Below are positions 49,701 to 64,000 of a stretch of 64,000 bases of DNA, one piece after another. The translations under genes and the position numbers were made by a program. Within the stretch, counting starts at the first letter, position 1, and each line of letters begins with the position of its first letter. Under the pieces are notes generated by a model, which was not told the origin of the DNA, made no database searches, and worked only from the letters and a program-made list of their open reading frames with translations. This DNA comes from Harriotta raleighana (taxonomy: Eukaryota): contig JBNZDD010013622.1 in the NCBI GenBank assembly GCA_050575255.1, positions 2,510,185 through 2,574,184 on the forward strand. The letters are read 5' to 3'.

Positions 49701-52700
49701 TAATCCACTAAAGGTGATGAACATTTTCATGAATTGACACACCTCAACATGAAGAAGCAGTACATTACTAAGTTTAACTTGCGACTTACATTCTCTTGTT
49801 TTGGACAAATATATTTTTCATCAAGTTATTCTATTGCATTTTGGGGTTTTCCAAAGAGAACAGGTTTTCTTACATTTTGTTCATAGCTGAATTATCTAAA
49901 CTCTTGAATCTTCTTGGTTACCTTTCATTGAATGCTTGGCTCCCGAATGACAAAGTAGCATCTGTTGCTAAATTTATTGTGTTCAAAACAGTCAAGTTGA
50001 CATTGTCGCCTATAATTTAGCCTGTGAGGTGTGACTGAGCAGCATTCTCAGTTATGACACTGAAGGTGCTGGTCCTATTTTATGCTCATGCAAAGGTTAG
50101 GTTAAGAAAAATGTATGATTTCTAGTTGAAATATTTATTATTTATTCTATCAGGCAGGAATTAAAGTGGCTCGGGTTTAAAAACCACTTGGGGAATTGGA
50201 TCAAAATGGTCTTGATGAAAGGGTAGCCTCTGAGTAAGGGTTCATTGACTCCTGGTACGTTTAGCAACACTGCCTCACATGGTGGGCATCTCGGGCTTAT
50301 CTATCCGATTAGAGCAGAGGTAAGTTTTGCAGTATTTATTTTTCGTGACCCATTTAATTTCACATAAAAACTTCCAAGTGTGCCACAAAAAATACCAGTT
50401 TAATACTTGGGCACATATATTTTATACTTTCAGTGTTGTGATGAATTGGGCAAGACTCCTGTAATTAGGACCGAACTCACAAAGTTAACCCTGGTTGTTG
50501 AGAGAACAGAAAGATTTTATAAAATAGTCCTGGGTAATATGTGCTGTATTTCAATAATCTTGATTCATCATTTGACTGTTAACTCTGCATAAAAGATTTC
50601 TATGAGAGCTTCAGAGATGGGATTGAGTTTTTGAAGGTGATGCAGAGAATGCATCTATGCATTCTCTGTTAGATGAGACCTTTTAGATTGATACACAGTG
50701 TTGAGATGGAGTTATTTTGTGGTACAGTTATATTTCTTTCAAAGAGTGATATTATTTTGTGATTAGAGAGGTGACCCCTGACTTGAAGCAGATCATCTTC
50801 CAATTCCATAGGTTTCGATGGAATGAAAAGGTATTGAGTGGAGGAGCAAGAGGCTCTGTTTCTTCACCAAGTTACAATTACTTTTATTCAGCCAGGTTTC
50901 TGACACGTGAGGAAAACAGTTACCATTAAAGTATCTCAAACCAGATAAATGTCAACTATGCATGACATTTCCCTGTCTGGAATGGAATGCGCACAGTTTA
51001 TCTGTTTACCTAATTCAAGAAATATTATACACAGACAAGAGCCATGAGGTAAAGATCATAGGTGAGTTGTGTGTTGCGAATAGGAGTTTAACCAACTAAA
51101 AGTACATCATCAGCTAAAAGTATGTGCATTGGTGTAATTTTCTTTAAATTGTGCGCAGATTAGTTTTACCATGTTGCTGTACAAAATCAGTTGCCAATGA
51201 TTCAACAATTTAATGGCTGTTTTACGGAACCAGACATGACTGTGTTTGTACTGTATTTTTAAAAGATTGAAGCTGGCACATATTGTCTCCTTGAGCAAAT
51301 AGTGCATTATAGACGGAATGTCATGGTGGAAATTACACAGATGACCTTCAATTGCAAAAATACCTTCAAAACCTTTATTTGGGCAGAATTGTTCCACTGT
51401 AGCCAAAAAATTTCTCCATTTGAAAAGTTTGCACTTGAAATTTCAGATTGCTTGATTAGCTCCAAGGAAAGATATTTTTTGTATTAGTCATGCAGAAAAA
51501 TACTACTAAGAATAGGTCCAATACATATATGTAAGTAAAAGTCCAGAGGGTATTGTTACTCATGGAAATGAGGAGAGGGTAGAGCAATCATTTTACGAGT
51601 CACATCTAGGGTGATTACTGGAAACAGATAGTTTTTGACTTTTATAGACGAAACCTCAAATACTTGTGTTGTAATTTTTTATTTCAGGGCCTTAGAACGT
51701 AATCGCAACATGAAAGACACTATACAAATGTACTTTTGTTGTTGTTGCAGGTTGTCTAACTTGTTAAAAAAAAAGCTTGCTTTTATGTAAAGTTTTTTTC
51801 AGTGGGTTTACCATTTAAGGACTAAAAATAATATTTTGCCAGAATTGTAATTTAAAGGAAAACCACTTTTGTTCTACCTGTTGAATTATTTGACTTGGTT
51901 CATGATGCAATGATCGCTTTTATTTGATCCTGTTGTTGAAAGCAGTTATAGTTGTGTGGTTTAATTGGGATGTGAGTTTCTGAAAAGATACTGCATAATG
52001 TACTAAGTTGGCAGACATCATTTGTCCGACCACAACAAAATTGACTTTGAGTCGTTTATACCCAAAGAGATTAGTAACTTCAAAATTAAGCACTTTACAT
52101 TTTAATTAGAAATTTTAGTCTCCCACCCCCGAAAATGAGAGATTAGGTGGTTTGGAAATATTTTCTCTTCACAACTTGCAAAATAATCCTTGTTGCTCGA
52201 GAAGCAAAGTCAGAGGTTACTCAGTAGCTTGCAAACCATGAGGTATGCGCATTTTGTATTTTATCAGCACCATACCAGAAATATTTCTTCCGGACACAAA
52301 CCACTGCTTCCCTCAAGCAGAAAGCAATGTTTATAATCCATGTGAATTAAAGATACTGGAAATACAGGTGATCAGTCATCAAATAAAAGAGATAAATAGG
52401 TTTGGAGCATTATTCACCATATCTTTATTTCAGATGATCAGGATCACAGTTTTTAACTTCTTAAATGTGGGCATCATATCCATCTTATTTACCAGATTTG
52501 TTTTAATGATCTCTCTTGTTTATTCTACTAGGAGTGGGGAAATTGGACATTTGGATTCTCACTGCTAAGAAACATTGGTGTTTATAATCTCCAGGAGATC
52601 TGTTTTATAGATCTATTGAGATCAATGATCCTGTGAGTAGACAGTTGATTTTAGATAAATGCATACCTGGTTTTATCTGAAGTTAACCAGATAAACACAT

Positions 52701-54594
52701 ACTTGCTTTAATGTGAAGTTAACCAGAGTACAAAATCTATGATCAGAACTGATCCATGAAAAGTGCTTCTTTATCTAGTATTAAATGTAGTGTGTTCTCA
52801 TGTAAAATGTTACCCTGGAAGGATCACCATTCTGTATTAGTCTGTGTGTAAATGCTATGGAGTGTTTATATATTCAGATCTAAAGGAATTTGGATCTAGC
52901 AGTTTGTTGTGAAAGCACTATGAGTAATGAATTCCCTTTGTTGACGGTGATTTTTCTAGCATTGTCTTCATATTCAAAAACATGTATTCTGCATACAGTA
53001 TATCTTTTCTCCAAATCAGTTATACAACATCTAATTTGTTTTATCATACAGAATGTTACCATTTTCTATATTCTGGTACTTAAAAAGACATGAAAAGTTG
53101 ACTCTGGACTTTGGGAAAAGTTAACTGTCATCACATTTTTGTATTGTGCAAGACTGGTGATTAACTACTGAGCAAATAACAAACCACTTTTCAAATGTGA
53201 AACTTTGATTTCACCTCAAAATATTTCCCTTTACATTTGTAACTATGTTCTTCTGTTAGGTATTTTATACAATTGAACACAATACCATTTTCCAATGAAT
53301 CATAGTTTAAGAAGGAGGTGACTCATTTAACTGAAGGCTCACACGCTGCTTTAAATCTTCCATAAATCTCACGTTAATTTGAGCAATTCAGGGAAAGAAG
53401 GAAATCCTGTTTAGTTAGTAGTCATTCATAAAACTGGCCGATTTGTGGTTTGAGAGGAACAAAGACTTGGACTTCCTTTCTGTGGTTTATTTACTCTTGC
53501 TGTTTGCTTACGTAGGAATTTAGTTTGTTGTATATACTGAACAAATGTAGTTGTGGTGCAGTACTTCAGTTTTTTTTGTAGATAAAGTGTCACGCTAATG
53601 TTCATTTTATTCATTTGCCTTGAGTACTTCGAGGTTTCATTTAATCTTTAATTTCTTCCAGCCAGGTATATCTTTGAATAGTAAACTTTTTTGCAGAATA
53701 AAAATTGTAACATTTGGATAATATGAGTTAGTCAAAATGATTCTGTAGCTTTTATGTACAAAAACAGAAATGTAGTCAATTTTAGGTCATTGGTTCTCTA
53801 ATTTTTTCACAATTGAATATGCTGTGGTTTCTGAAAACCTGAATTGACTTAATTTTCTAGTGTTTCCTCTGAGCATTTCTTATAGTTCAGAAATCATGTT
53901 TAACCACAACATAAGAGGATTGGCTGTTCAAATACTGATTTAATGTTGTGGTTTGAGAAGTGTTCATTGTACACGAAAGCTGCCATTTGCGCAGAAAAGG
54001 TTTGCGTCTAGCACATGACAGACTTCCTTGGTAAGATAACCACATATCACTTGAGCAGTCATTTCCAGAAAATGTTGAGCTGTTCCACTGCCAGCTTCAT
54101 CCATTCAGGTTTGAAGTTTCCCTTGGCAGTAAAGTCCTCAGTCAAACTCAAAAGTGTTACTGTACTGCAAATGTCCGTTCATGATTATATCCTATCAGCA
54201 GCCTAACAATAACTGTTGCTCACTAGAATGAAATGACTTGGCACTGATCTGGTGTTAGGACAATCATCTGTTAATAACTGCTCCTCCTATGTGCACCCAC
54301 AAACTGTTGCAACTTAGATTTTCAGTTTTGTGAGATTAAATTTCAGTAGTTGGGGCACTGAGAAAAACAATGTTGATGGTATGTTAACCGGGTTTGTGTT
54401 GAATCACTGTGGTCTTTGGGGAAACTTCAATGAAGAGCTAAGGCCTAGGATATAAGTTACCAAATTACCTTTGGGATTTGAGCTCATAATCGCGGCTGAC
54501 ATCTGAGTGCAGTACTAGGAGTAAATTGTTGTTACAGATGAGAATTAAACTAAGATTCTGCGACACTGCTTGAAAGAGAAGGGTATTCTGGTCA

Positions 54595-54892
54595 GCACTC
54601 ATGCAGCTCATTTGCATAATTTGCCTTCGCTCCCCCGAATCCTCTGTTCCACCCTCGGCGGCCGTGCTTTCAGTCACTATGCCCGAGGCTCTGGAATTCC
54701 CTTGCTCACTTCCTTCGTCTCACCCCCTCTTTCCCCAGCTTCAGGTCCCAGCTGAAGACCTTTCTCTTCGACCGCGCCTTTGGTCACCTTTCTATCCTGC
54801 TCTTTCTATCTTGCTCGGTCACGGGATCCACTTTTGTGAAGCAGTCTGAGGTGCCGTCCGGCGTGGAGGGCACTATATAAATCTAAGTTGTC
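54595..54892 (+). mobile_element. L2 (second subfamily) 3' fragment
   Basis: STLGGRAFSHYA..LWNSL; tail ggagggcactatataaatctaagttg. Confidence 0.85.
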
Positions 54893-57644
54893 ATGAATTT
54901 TTGTGAGAACGTTGCTACCACAAATAACTGGTGTTCCTCTATACAAATGGCAATTAAATTACATAGAAGAAACTAGTATTCTATGAGACATTTCAGCTTG
55001 ATAAGGAGCTATAAAATGCAAGTTTTTTTCTTTTCTATTTAATTGCATCTTTTAATTACTTTTGAGATATTTTAACATTAGCACTTCAAAAATGGGTCTT
55101 TTTCTTTTGAACTTCTTTCTGTATAAGTCCAAGTACTTTACTTCCAGTCATCCTGGAACACTTAATGGTATATAGAGCAGCCATCATAGCAATATCTAAC
55201 ATAACCTGAAGACCAGACTGTAGTTGATATCCCAAAAAAGAGCACAAATGGAATGGTAAAAATTTGAGTTGCTTCTCACATCTCAGAAGACGATGAATAA
55301 AACAATGTATTATGGACTTGAAAACCCATCAAGTATATATTTAATAACATAGTGAACAAACTTGTTTCAGCGCCTTGGGATGTCTTCACGACTTGAAAGA
55401 CATACTAGAAATGTAATTTTATTGTTGTTGCCTCATAGTAGGTGTGTTGAGAAAATTGCAAAAATTGAGAATGCGCATATTGTTTCAGTCAGTTCAATGT
55501 GGTGATAAAAGTGAACATTACACAACTCAGATAATTTCTCGCCCACAAATATACAATTCACTTTACAGTATATTCTGTGAAGCGTTTTGAGACGTCTAGA
55601 AGATGTGAAAAGCGCTATATCAAATGCAAGGATTATTATTATATACTGATAATTCCTATACTGTGATCAAGCTATGAAATCGAGATGTGAGACACCAGTA
55701 GTGGTTTTTGTACTATTTGATTTTTTTTTCATTCTCCCATTATATGGGAAAATCAGGCTCCACATTAAGCACTCTGAGATGCTACCCTGCACAGAGGTGC
55801 TATATAAGTGAAGTTGTTGTTGTATGTGACTTTTTTTTTAAACACCCCTTGAAGCAATTAATGCAATAGCTGTCTATTGTCAGTGAAACAAAAGATAAGA
55901 ACAAGTCCACTTGAGGGTCTTTGCTTTTAGAGTCTACAAAGACGCAAATTCCATAGGCATTACATGAGCAGCTTTAATGAATTAGCATCTAGTTTTTGAA
56001 CAACAGCTTTATAAACAACTTTCTATCAATTGGTGTCCTCAACATTTTTTGTGTCTTTCTTTCAGGAAGTGTAAATGAGAGCATCATTGGGGAAAAAAAT
56101 AGTTTTTCTTTTGGGTCTTAAAGATAAGACTCCTTGACAATAGTTATAGCAATTGGAGCACGGCCATTAAAGGAAGGGAAACGTTAAAAGTTTATTATCT
56201 GAAATGATTTCATCAACATTCTCATTGGTGTAGATATTCAGGAGTTTCCTATTATTTTCCCTATGTCAGAGAAGCAGTTTACTGGTTATATATAACATTT
56301 TAAAAACTTGAACCTGGGCTTGGTTTTTTTTGACAACTGGCAAATGCACTGAAAATAAGTGTAATACATATTTTTGGAGCATTTTTCAATGCGTTGCAGC
56401 TATTTATCCATTAACAGTACTGTTCATTTAACACCAATAAACAGTTTAAAATTACAGATGTGGAATATTTTCCTGCTGCATCACATGTCGGCAACTGGCA
56501 CTCATGTCTCTAGGTAAAAGAAGAAACTCCCTTTGCTCTGTCCCTAACCTCTGAAGAGCATCCACTGCTACACAAGTATGAATTTTCCATTTCTCACACT
56601 GACTAGGACTATATCTCCTTTGTGTCACTCCATAGCCATTTATCCTGTATTTGTTCCCTCTTCATCCCTAGTCCTGAAGTACGAAGATTGTAGTCTCAGC
56701 TAATGCACCGTCTGAGATCAAAACACAGGACAAATCATTTGAATCTAATCATATGGCCCAGTTTCACTCTTTGTAAATGTCCTTTCGACGTGAAAGGAGC
56801 TATACAAATGTAGTTTTGTTGTTGTTGTTGTTGTTAGTAGTGACTTTACCTCCTAACCAGTGCTTTGGGACGCCCTCCTGACATGAAAGGCGCTATACAA
56901 ATGTAATTTTGTTGTTGTAAAACAATGGGGAAGTGCCCTGGCTGTCAACATTCCAAAATAGTACAGAAATAGATAAAACAACCGATTGTCATGTTTCCAA
57001 TAATGTATTCATTATTTGAGACATGTTACAAATATTATAGGTCTCTTAAGAATTGCTTATGTTCCAGTTACTGAGTTATTAAACTACAGCAACAACAACT
57101 TGGATTTATATAGTGCCCTCCACGGCATTTCAGAGTGTTTAAACTAGTCACACAAGTGTTTTTTTGAACCTGCTAGCAGTTTTGTTATTAATCCAGCCGG
57201 ACAGCTTGTAGGTCAGATGCTGTTGTGAGTGTGTACGTTTCCCTGTGCCATGCACTGTCCAGAAAACATTTCAGAAGTTTAGAAGTACCAAATGGAGGCT
57301 CATAGAGCCAGTCCCCATTCCCTCTATCAGTGGCTCATTACTGAGGACCAACAACGCAGCCTGGAACAGGTTGCTAGGAAATATGAAAGAAAATAGCATA
57401 AAGGATCTTATATTGCAGAGGTCTAAATGTTTGCCAGCTGCAGTTTTACTGCAGATATACACTTCAGGGATATAAATGGCTTGTTCTATTCTTTAAAAAT
57501 TAAAATATTTTAAGGATCTTGTATTATATGAAGAATGAGATTTGACCACAAATATAGGCATAGCATTTGTTAGTAACTACCTGTCAAATGCCTTGAGATG
57601 TTTCAACATTATTGACACTGTAATCAAATGCAAGGTTTATTATA

Positions 57645-57925
57645 CAACAACAACTTTGATTTATGGAGCGCCCTCCACTCCGTACGGTGTCTCAGAGCGC
57701 TTCACAATAGCAGATCCCTGGACTGAGCCAGGGGCAGGGGTAGAAAGGTGATCAAAGACGTGGTGTGGTCATAGAGAAAGTTCTTCAGCTGGGACCTGAA
57801 GCTGGGGAAACGGGGCGAGACAAAGGGAGTGAGGAAAGGAATTCCAGAGCCTCGGGGCATAGTGACTGAAGGCATGGCCACCGAGGGTGGAGCAGAGGAT
57901 TTGGAGCGGAGCAGAGGATATATTG
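57645..57925 (-). mobile_element. L2 (second subfamily) 3' fragment
   Basis: Reverse complement of 54620-54890. Confidence 0.85.
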
Positions 57926-59118
57926 TGTATAATACAAGATACTGGGCAATGACTTATTGACTATTCCATTGAGATTTTCTGTCATTAGAATCTTCAGTGG
58001 CGTAACAGTCCTGTAACTAACCGTGTTCTACATAAAATGAAGTTGCTGTTTGTAGTTTGGATTTTGATCCAGTTTTGAGATGCGAGTGCTGTGTATGTTG
58101 TACCTGAGGATATTTATCTGGGACATGTATGTTTGTGATGCATTGTAGACCCATTTTTTTTAATATGACTTTATATAGTTGTAACTAGGGCAGTTAAATA
58201 GACACAATCTTATTTCTCACTGAGACAGAAATGTTTAGCAAAATATATCTCAACCAAGTTGTCCGAAAGAATTGCATCAAATGAATTGGATCAAGTTCAA
58301 AATGTTTTCTTCATTTGAAAGAGTTGTTTGATAAATTTTTATGATTCATTCATTCCCCTAGTCAGGTGGGGTTTATTTTGAATGGTTGCTGTTCCAGGAA
58401 TTTATAACACAACAAAATGACATTTATAGAGCGACTTTCACTTCGGGAGGCCATTTCAAGGCGCTGCCCAATTTACTGAAACAATTTCATTTTTAGGCTT
58501 GAAATTTATGGCTACTTTGGGAATGAACAAGTGGAATCTTCATTCACTAACCAGATTTTTAATAGGTTATAAAGGATGAAAAAATGTTTTAAGTCTCTTA
58601 ACATTATCCTACATAAAGAGTGCTATACAAAGGGCGAGACAATTTGGTGCTTCAACACTATTCTGACAAAATAGGAAAATAGAGGTTGTCGCTGCTGAGG
58701 AACACAATGTAACTTGAACGGTTGGATTTGTATCCAAAAGATTTTCAACATGATTCCATTCACAGGCATGTTTAGACATTGTAATACACTGCTTTGCCTC
58801 ACAGTAATTCATGTCTAGTTGGGTATCTAGTTTTAAAACCTTTCTACTGTTCCTGGTGCTTGAGTTTCAACTTTGAATGTTAGTCACATAACTGAGTTAG
58901 TTTGAATGATTCGTGTTGAGGTTCCAATTGGAATGTTCATCTTATCCTACCGGTTGAATTGAATCTAAACTTTCATAGCACGAGACTGTAGCACAATATA
59001 GTATATTAGTGACTGATTCAATGTAGAAGAGTTCAGAAGCCCTATATTTCACATATGCAGATAAAATATTTCCTTGTATAGTCACCTATGCTAGTAGTCT
59101 GTTTCACATGTCCATCAA

Positions 59119-59355
59119 GTAATAATAATCCTTGCATTTGTTATAGTGCTTTCTATGTCTTCTAGACTTTTCAAAGTGCTTCACAGAATATACTGTAAAG
59201 TGAATTGACTGTATATTTAGTGGACAAAATGTGGCAGCTAATTGAGCACAGCAGTGTCCCACAAACAGTTGTGGATTGACCAATTTATTATTTTGTTTTA
59301 GGATTATTATCAGGAGTGTAGAGTAAGGAAATTTACTCAAGGTTTCGCCCTGCAA
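59119..59355 (-). mobile_element. SINE
   Basis: Reverse complement of body and tail. Confidence 0.88.
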
Positions 59356-59962
59356 AAGAATGCACTCAAGAATGCACTTGCTTTGTTGTATTTATTCTGG
59401 AAGTGTGTGTATATATATATATATATTTTATAGAAGTACCAGTATGAATCATATATTACTAAAAGTTGCAAATAAAATGTTACTTTATGCATTATAGATC
59501 ACACCAGTCGGTAAACATCAATTACAAATCCCATTTTTTTAAAAAGACTTGCCAGCTATTCATAGCTGCTTCCCTGGGTAAATAGTCTCACTCAGCATTT
59601 CCCAGGAAAGCTGCACAAGATGTGGCTTCTGCTGGATAAACAACCTCACTTAATCACACCCATTTGTTATTGAGCAGTCTAGTCTTCAAGCAGTGCTGCA
59701 CCTTGATCAGCTCAAGTTGTTTTCCTACTCATTTTGGCACTCTGCCAGTGGTAAACTGGAGCTTTTAATAAATTTCAACATAGACACCAAGAGTTAGCCC
59801 CAGTAAACTCAGTGTCTCTGTGCTCTGTTCTAAACTAGTCATTGCTGAATGCAGCCAAATCAAGCACTAAATTGGGAGAAGGGGTTTCAAGATTTCAAAA
59901 GTTTTAGTAATTTTTCCAAGTTTTACTCAGTGATGCAGGCAGGCAAATTGGGTCTTTTGGAG

Positions 59963-60270
59963 TCCTGTAGAGTGATTAGAGAACTCGTCTTGCAAGCGAG
60001 ATAATTGGGTTTGAATCCAGGCAGAGTGAAACCATGGGCAAGTTTCCTTACTGCACACACCTGATGATAATACCTCAGAAAAAACAATAATTAATTGGTC
60101 ATTTCAATTCATGGCTGTTTGTGGGTCATTGCTGTGCACAATTAGCTGCCGTGTTTCACCCACAAGTGTACAGTCAATTCATTTTACAGTATATTTTGTG
60201 AAGTGCTTTGAGATACCTAGAAGACATGAAAAGCGCTATATGAAATGCAAGGAATATTATTATTATTATT
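59963..60270 (+). mobile_element. Full-length SINE
   Basis: Family head, body and tail. Confidence 0.88.
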
Positions 60271-60779
60271 CCAAGGGTTTCAAAATAGGAACAGAGCAGT
60301 CCTTGACAATTTAAAGAATTCTGGGTAATTCCACAATGAGACAAAGGTTGAATAAATATTTTGGGACATCAGATGGACAGCAAGAAGGAATGCCAATCTA
60401 TTTCTACAATACTGCTGAACATGGCTGCTGCAACAGCAGTTTGAGGCATTGGGGACTTTCACTCAGGAACATATTATTCTTTATACGTTTCCCTACAAAA
60501 TAGTCACTACACTTTACAGTAAAACCTGTTAAGTGTTTTGAGATGCCCTCTGATGTTAAAAACCCGAGCTAGATTCAATGCATGGATGATTATTGTTGAT
60601 GTTAACCCCCCCATCACACCCACTTGTTTAGAAAAGCATTGTTTGAACAATCTAATGAGATTCAAATAAACTTAATCAGCAATGTTTTGTCAATCAAGTC
60701 TACACAAGTATTTAATGACCGATTATAATGTAAGTAATCGGGTATTGGCAATAACTGAAATAATATTCTGTTTCAATAG

Positions 60780-60995
60780 CTGGGAGGAGGGGGAAGGAGT
60801 CGCCGATGGGACCATCGAAGTGGAGACTCTTGAGGCGAGACTTGAAGGAGGCCAGGGAGGGTGCGAGGCGGAGGGACTTCGGGATGGAGTTCCAGAGGTT
60901 GGGGGCAGAGTGACTGAAGGCTCGCCCACCAATGGTTGGGCGGCTGGGTCAGGGGACATGGAGCAGGCCAGAGTCTGCTGAGGGGGTGGTGGGGG
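60780..60995 (-). mobile_element. L2 3' fragment
   Basis: Reverse complement of the 11820-12005-type sequence. Confidence 0.85.
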
Positions 60996-61070
60996 TCGCT
61001 AACACTAAGTGATGTTTGAAACGAAACACAAATTTTCTAGTTTTCTAATTTTCCAGTTTTCTGTCTTTAG

Positions 61071-61421
<351 letters not shown>

Positions 61422-61596
61422 TAATCCCACACCCGCTGCCTGATTCCAAAGTGCTCTGTTTTGTGTGTGAATCTCTTACGATCTCTTACAATGTAAACTC
61501 AATGTTGAACTTTGGACAAGTTAAATTTACTGATTTGCCCTTTATTTACTGCATTCCTACACCTGACTTATGCTGCTTTTTTTTTCTTTTTCTTGA

Positions 61597-61854
<258 letters not shown>

Positions 61855-62039
61855 TGAACTACATGCTTGCTCCTCTACAAATCGTAGGATCCACTCCGCT
61901 AGACTTTTGGCAGTTTTACAGGAGCATGTCCCCTTTAAGAAATTCTTGTACATTATCCCATATGACATCCCTGTGCTGTGCTTATAAGGTGAGTTAACTC
62001 TTTTTGTGGAATGTTAATTTGTTGTCTGCTTCAGTTGGT

Positions 62040-62260
62040 TACCTCAGGGTCAAAAGGTTGTGGCTTCAAGCCCCACATTGGGTCTTGAGCTCATAGTCTA
62101 TGTCAATTGTCATAGTCTTAACAGTCAATTGTAGTACTGGGGGAGTGCTACATTGTCTGACTTGCCGTCTTTCATATGAGACATTAACAGTGGTCCCGTC
62201 TATTTGTGAATGTTGAAGATCCTGTGGCACTATTGAAATCCCGGTGTTTTGTCCAATCCT
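62040..62260 (+). mobile_element. Old Deu-domain SINE in FOXK2 intron 3
   Basis: gtagtactgggggagtgctacattgtc..tgccgtctttcatatgagacattaa..gaagatcctgtggcactatt. Confidence 0.7.
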
Positions 62261-62657
62261 CCAGATTAATTAGTCTTGAACAATATGCCTTTATTAATTA
62301 GGATCCTATCCTTTGTTTTGATCTGGAGAGCAAATACAGTGCAAGTTTCTGGAAGGGCATTGACGCAGAGGGGCACTGGAAGATTTCATAGCACTATTTG
62401 CCCTTTTCCATTCTCCCGTGAAGAATCCTCTTGCTTTCTTGTTAATTGCCACCTTCAGAGTTGATTTTGCCAACATCAATCGATGGTTGTCCCTACTGAG
62501 ATCAACTTGCTTTCCTTCCTCAGTTAGCACAGCTCAGACACTCACTTGGTAAACTCCCTGAGCTGCCAAGAACACCATAAATATATTAGAACTGTACAAA
62601 ATGACTTAGAATAGTGAATTATATGATCAAGCTGAAGAGTCTTGGTATTTTGTTTAA

Positions 62658-62900
<243 letters not shown>

Positions 62901-62903
62901 TGA

Positions 62904-63146
<243 letters not shown>

Positions 63147-63282
63147 TAAGTGAACTGCATGCGATAATAGCAACATAAACTACAATCTACTGAACTATTT
63201 AGATTGGTTAAAAGAGTTAAAGAATGTTTCAACCTTAATTATAAAGGAACCTCATTTGAAATCACAGACTAGGTGTTATTTC

Positions 63283-63500
63283 GTAGAAACAAGAGTAGGC
63301 CATCAACCCCTCAAGCTTGTTCTGCCATTCTATTAGATTTTGGCTAATCTGTACCTCAGTTCCATTTACTTGACCTTGTTCCTTGATAATCCCTTGATAC
63401 CATGACCTAACAAACATTTACCATCTAAATCTTGAAAATTTCAATTGATTCAGCACCCACAGGCTTTTGGGGGAGAAAGTGTCAGATTTCCATTGTGATA
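63283..63500 (-). mobile_element. CR1 3' fragment
   Basis: gagtaggccatcaacccctcaagcttgttctgccattc is an antisense CR1 tail. Confidence 0.75.
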
Positions 63501-63844
63501 ATACGAGAGTATTTTAGTTAATATTTTGCTGTTGATGGGTCTTACTTATTGTAAAGAACAAGGCTACTTTTTGTATTTGTTCAGAGCATGTGTGTACCTC
63601 AAGCTTAGCAGTTTCTGATTATTACAGTATCGAAAGTTCTGAAGTGCCGTCGACTGGATTGCTAAAGGAACTAAGAAAATGTGACTCAATAGAACCACAC
63701 TCACTTAGAATTATGGTGCAAGTTAATCATTCTCAGGTCGAATGACTTGTGAATTCCCATACCTGTAGAAAATCACATTTCCTGACATTATTTGTTGTCA
63801 AGATAATCTGTCATTGGGACAGATTTCTGTCCTATCTGATATGT

Positions 63845-64000
63845 ATTGTCCTCACCTCCACGGCCTTGCCTCCTCCTACCTCTCTGACCTGCTGACCCCC
63901 TATCAACCTGTGTGCTTGCTCCATTCAGACGGCTCCGGCCTGCTCCATGTCTACCGCCCGATCCGTCCTACCATCGGCAGCCAGGCCTTCAGCCTCTCTG
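63845..64000 (+). mobile_element. L2 ORF2 3' fragment (truncated by the window end)
   Basis: LHGLASSYLSDLLTPY..LLHV..TIGSQAFS. Confidence 0.85.

Overview
Vertebrate genomic DNA, most likely a cartilaginous fish. The tRNA-head/L2-tail SINE and the L2/CR1 landscape suggest a holocephalan such as the elephant shark (inference). The left half holds a same-strand cluster of three single-coding-exon genes for small two-transmembrane proteins: PIRT (9908-10309), a 161-aa TMEM238-family gene (12953-13438) and a 78-aa TMEM238L/FORCP-like microprotein (23896-24132). The right half holds the CpG-island promoter and the first five coding exons of FOXK2 (FHA plus forkhead domains), and the gene runs off the window end. 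The rest is dense with one SINE family (about 30 copies or fragments), older Deu-domain SINEs, L2 and CR1 fragments, microsatellites, and assembly gaps or duplications. Main leads: the three-gene micro-membrane-protein cluster and its shared exon architecture; a FOXK2 that keeps a FOXK1-type Sin3-interaction motif; complementary repeats bracketing coding exons; a divergent CTCF pair; a telomere-like array at the FOXK2 promoter; and L2 tails inserted into SINE tails. All homology calls are from recalled sequences, not database searches, and repeat boundaries are approximate.
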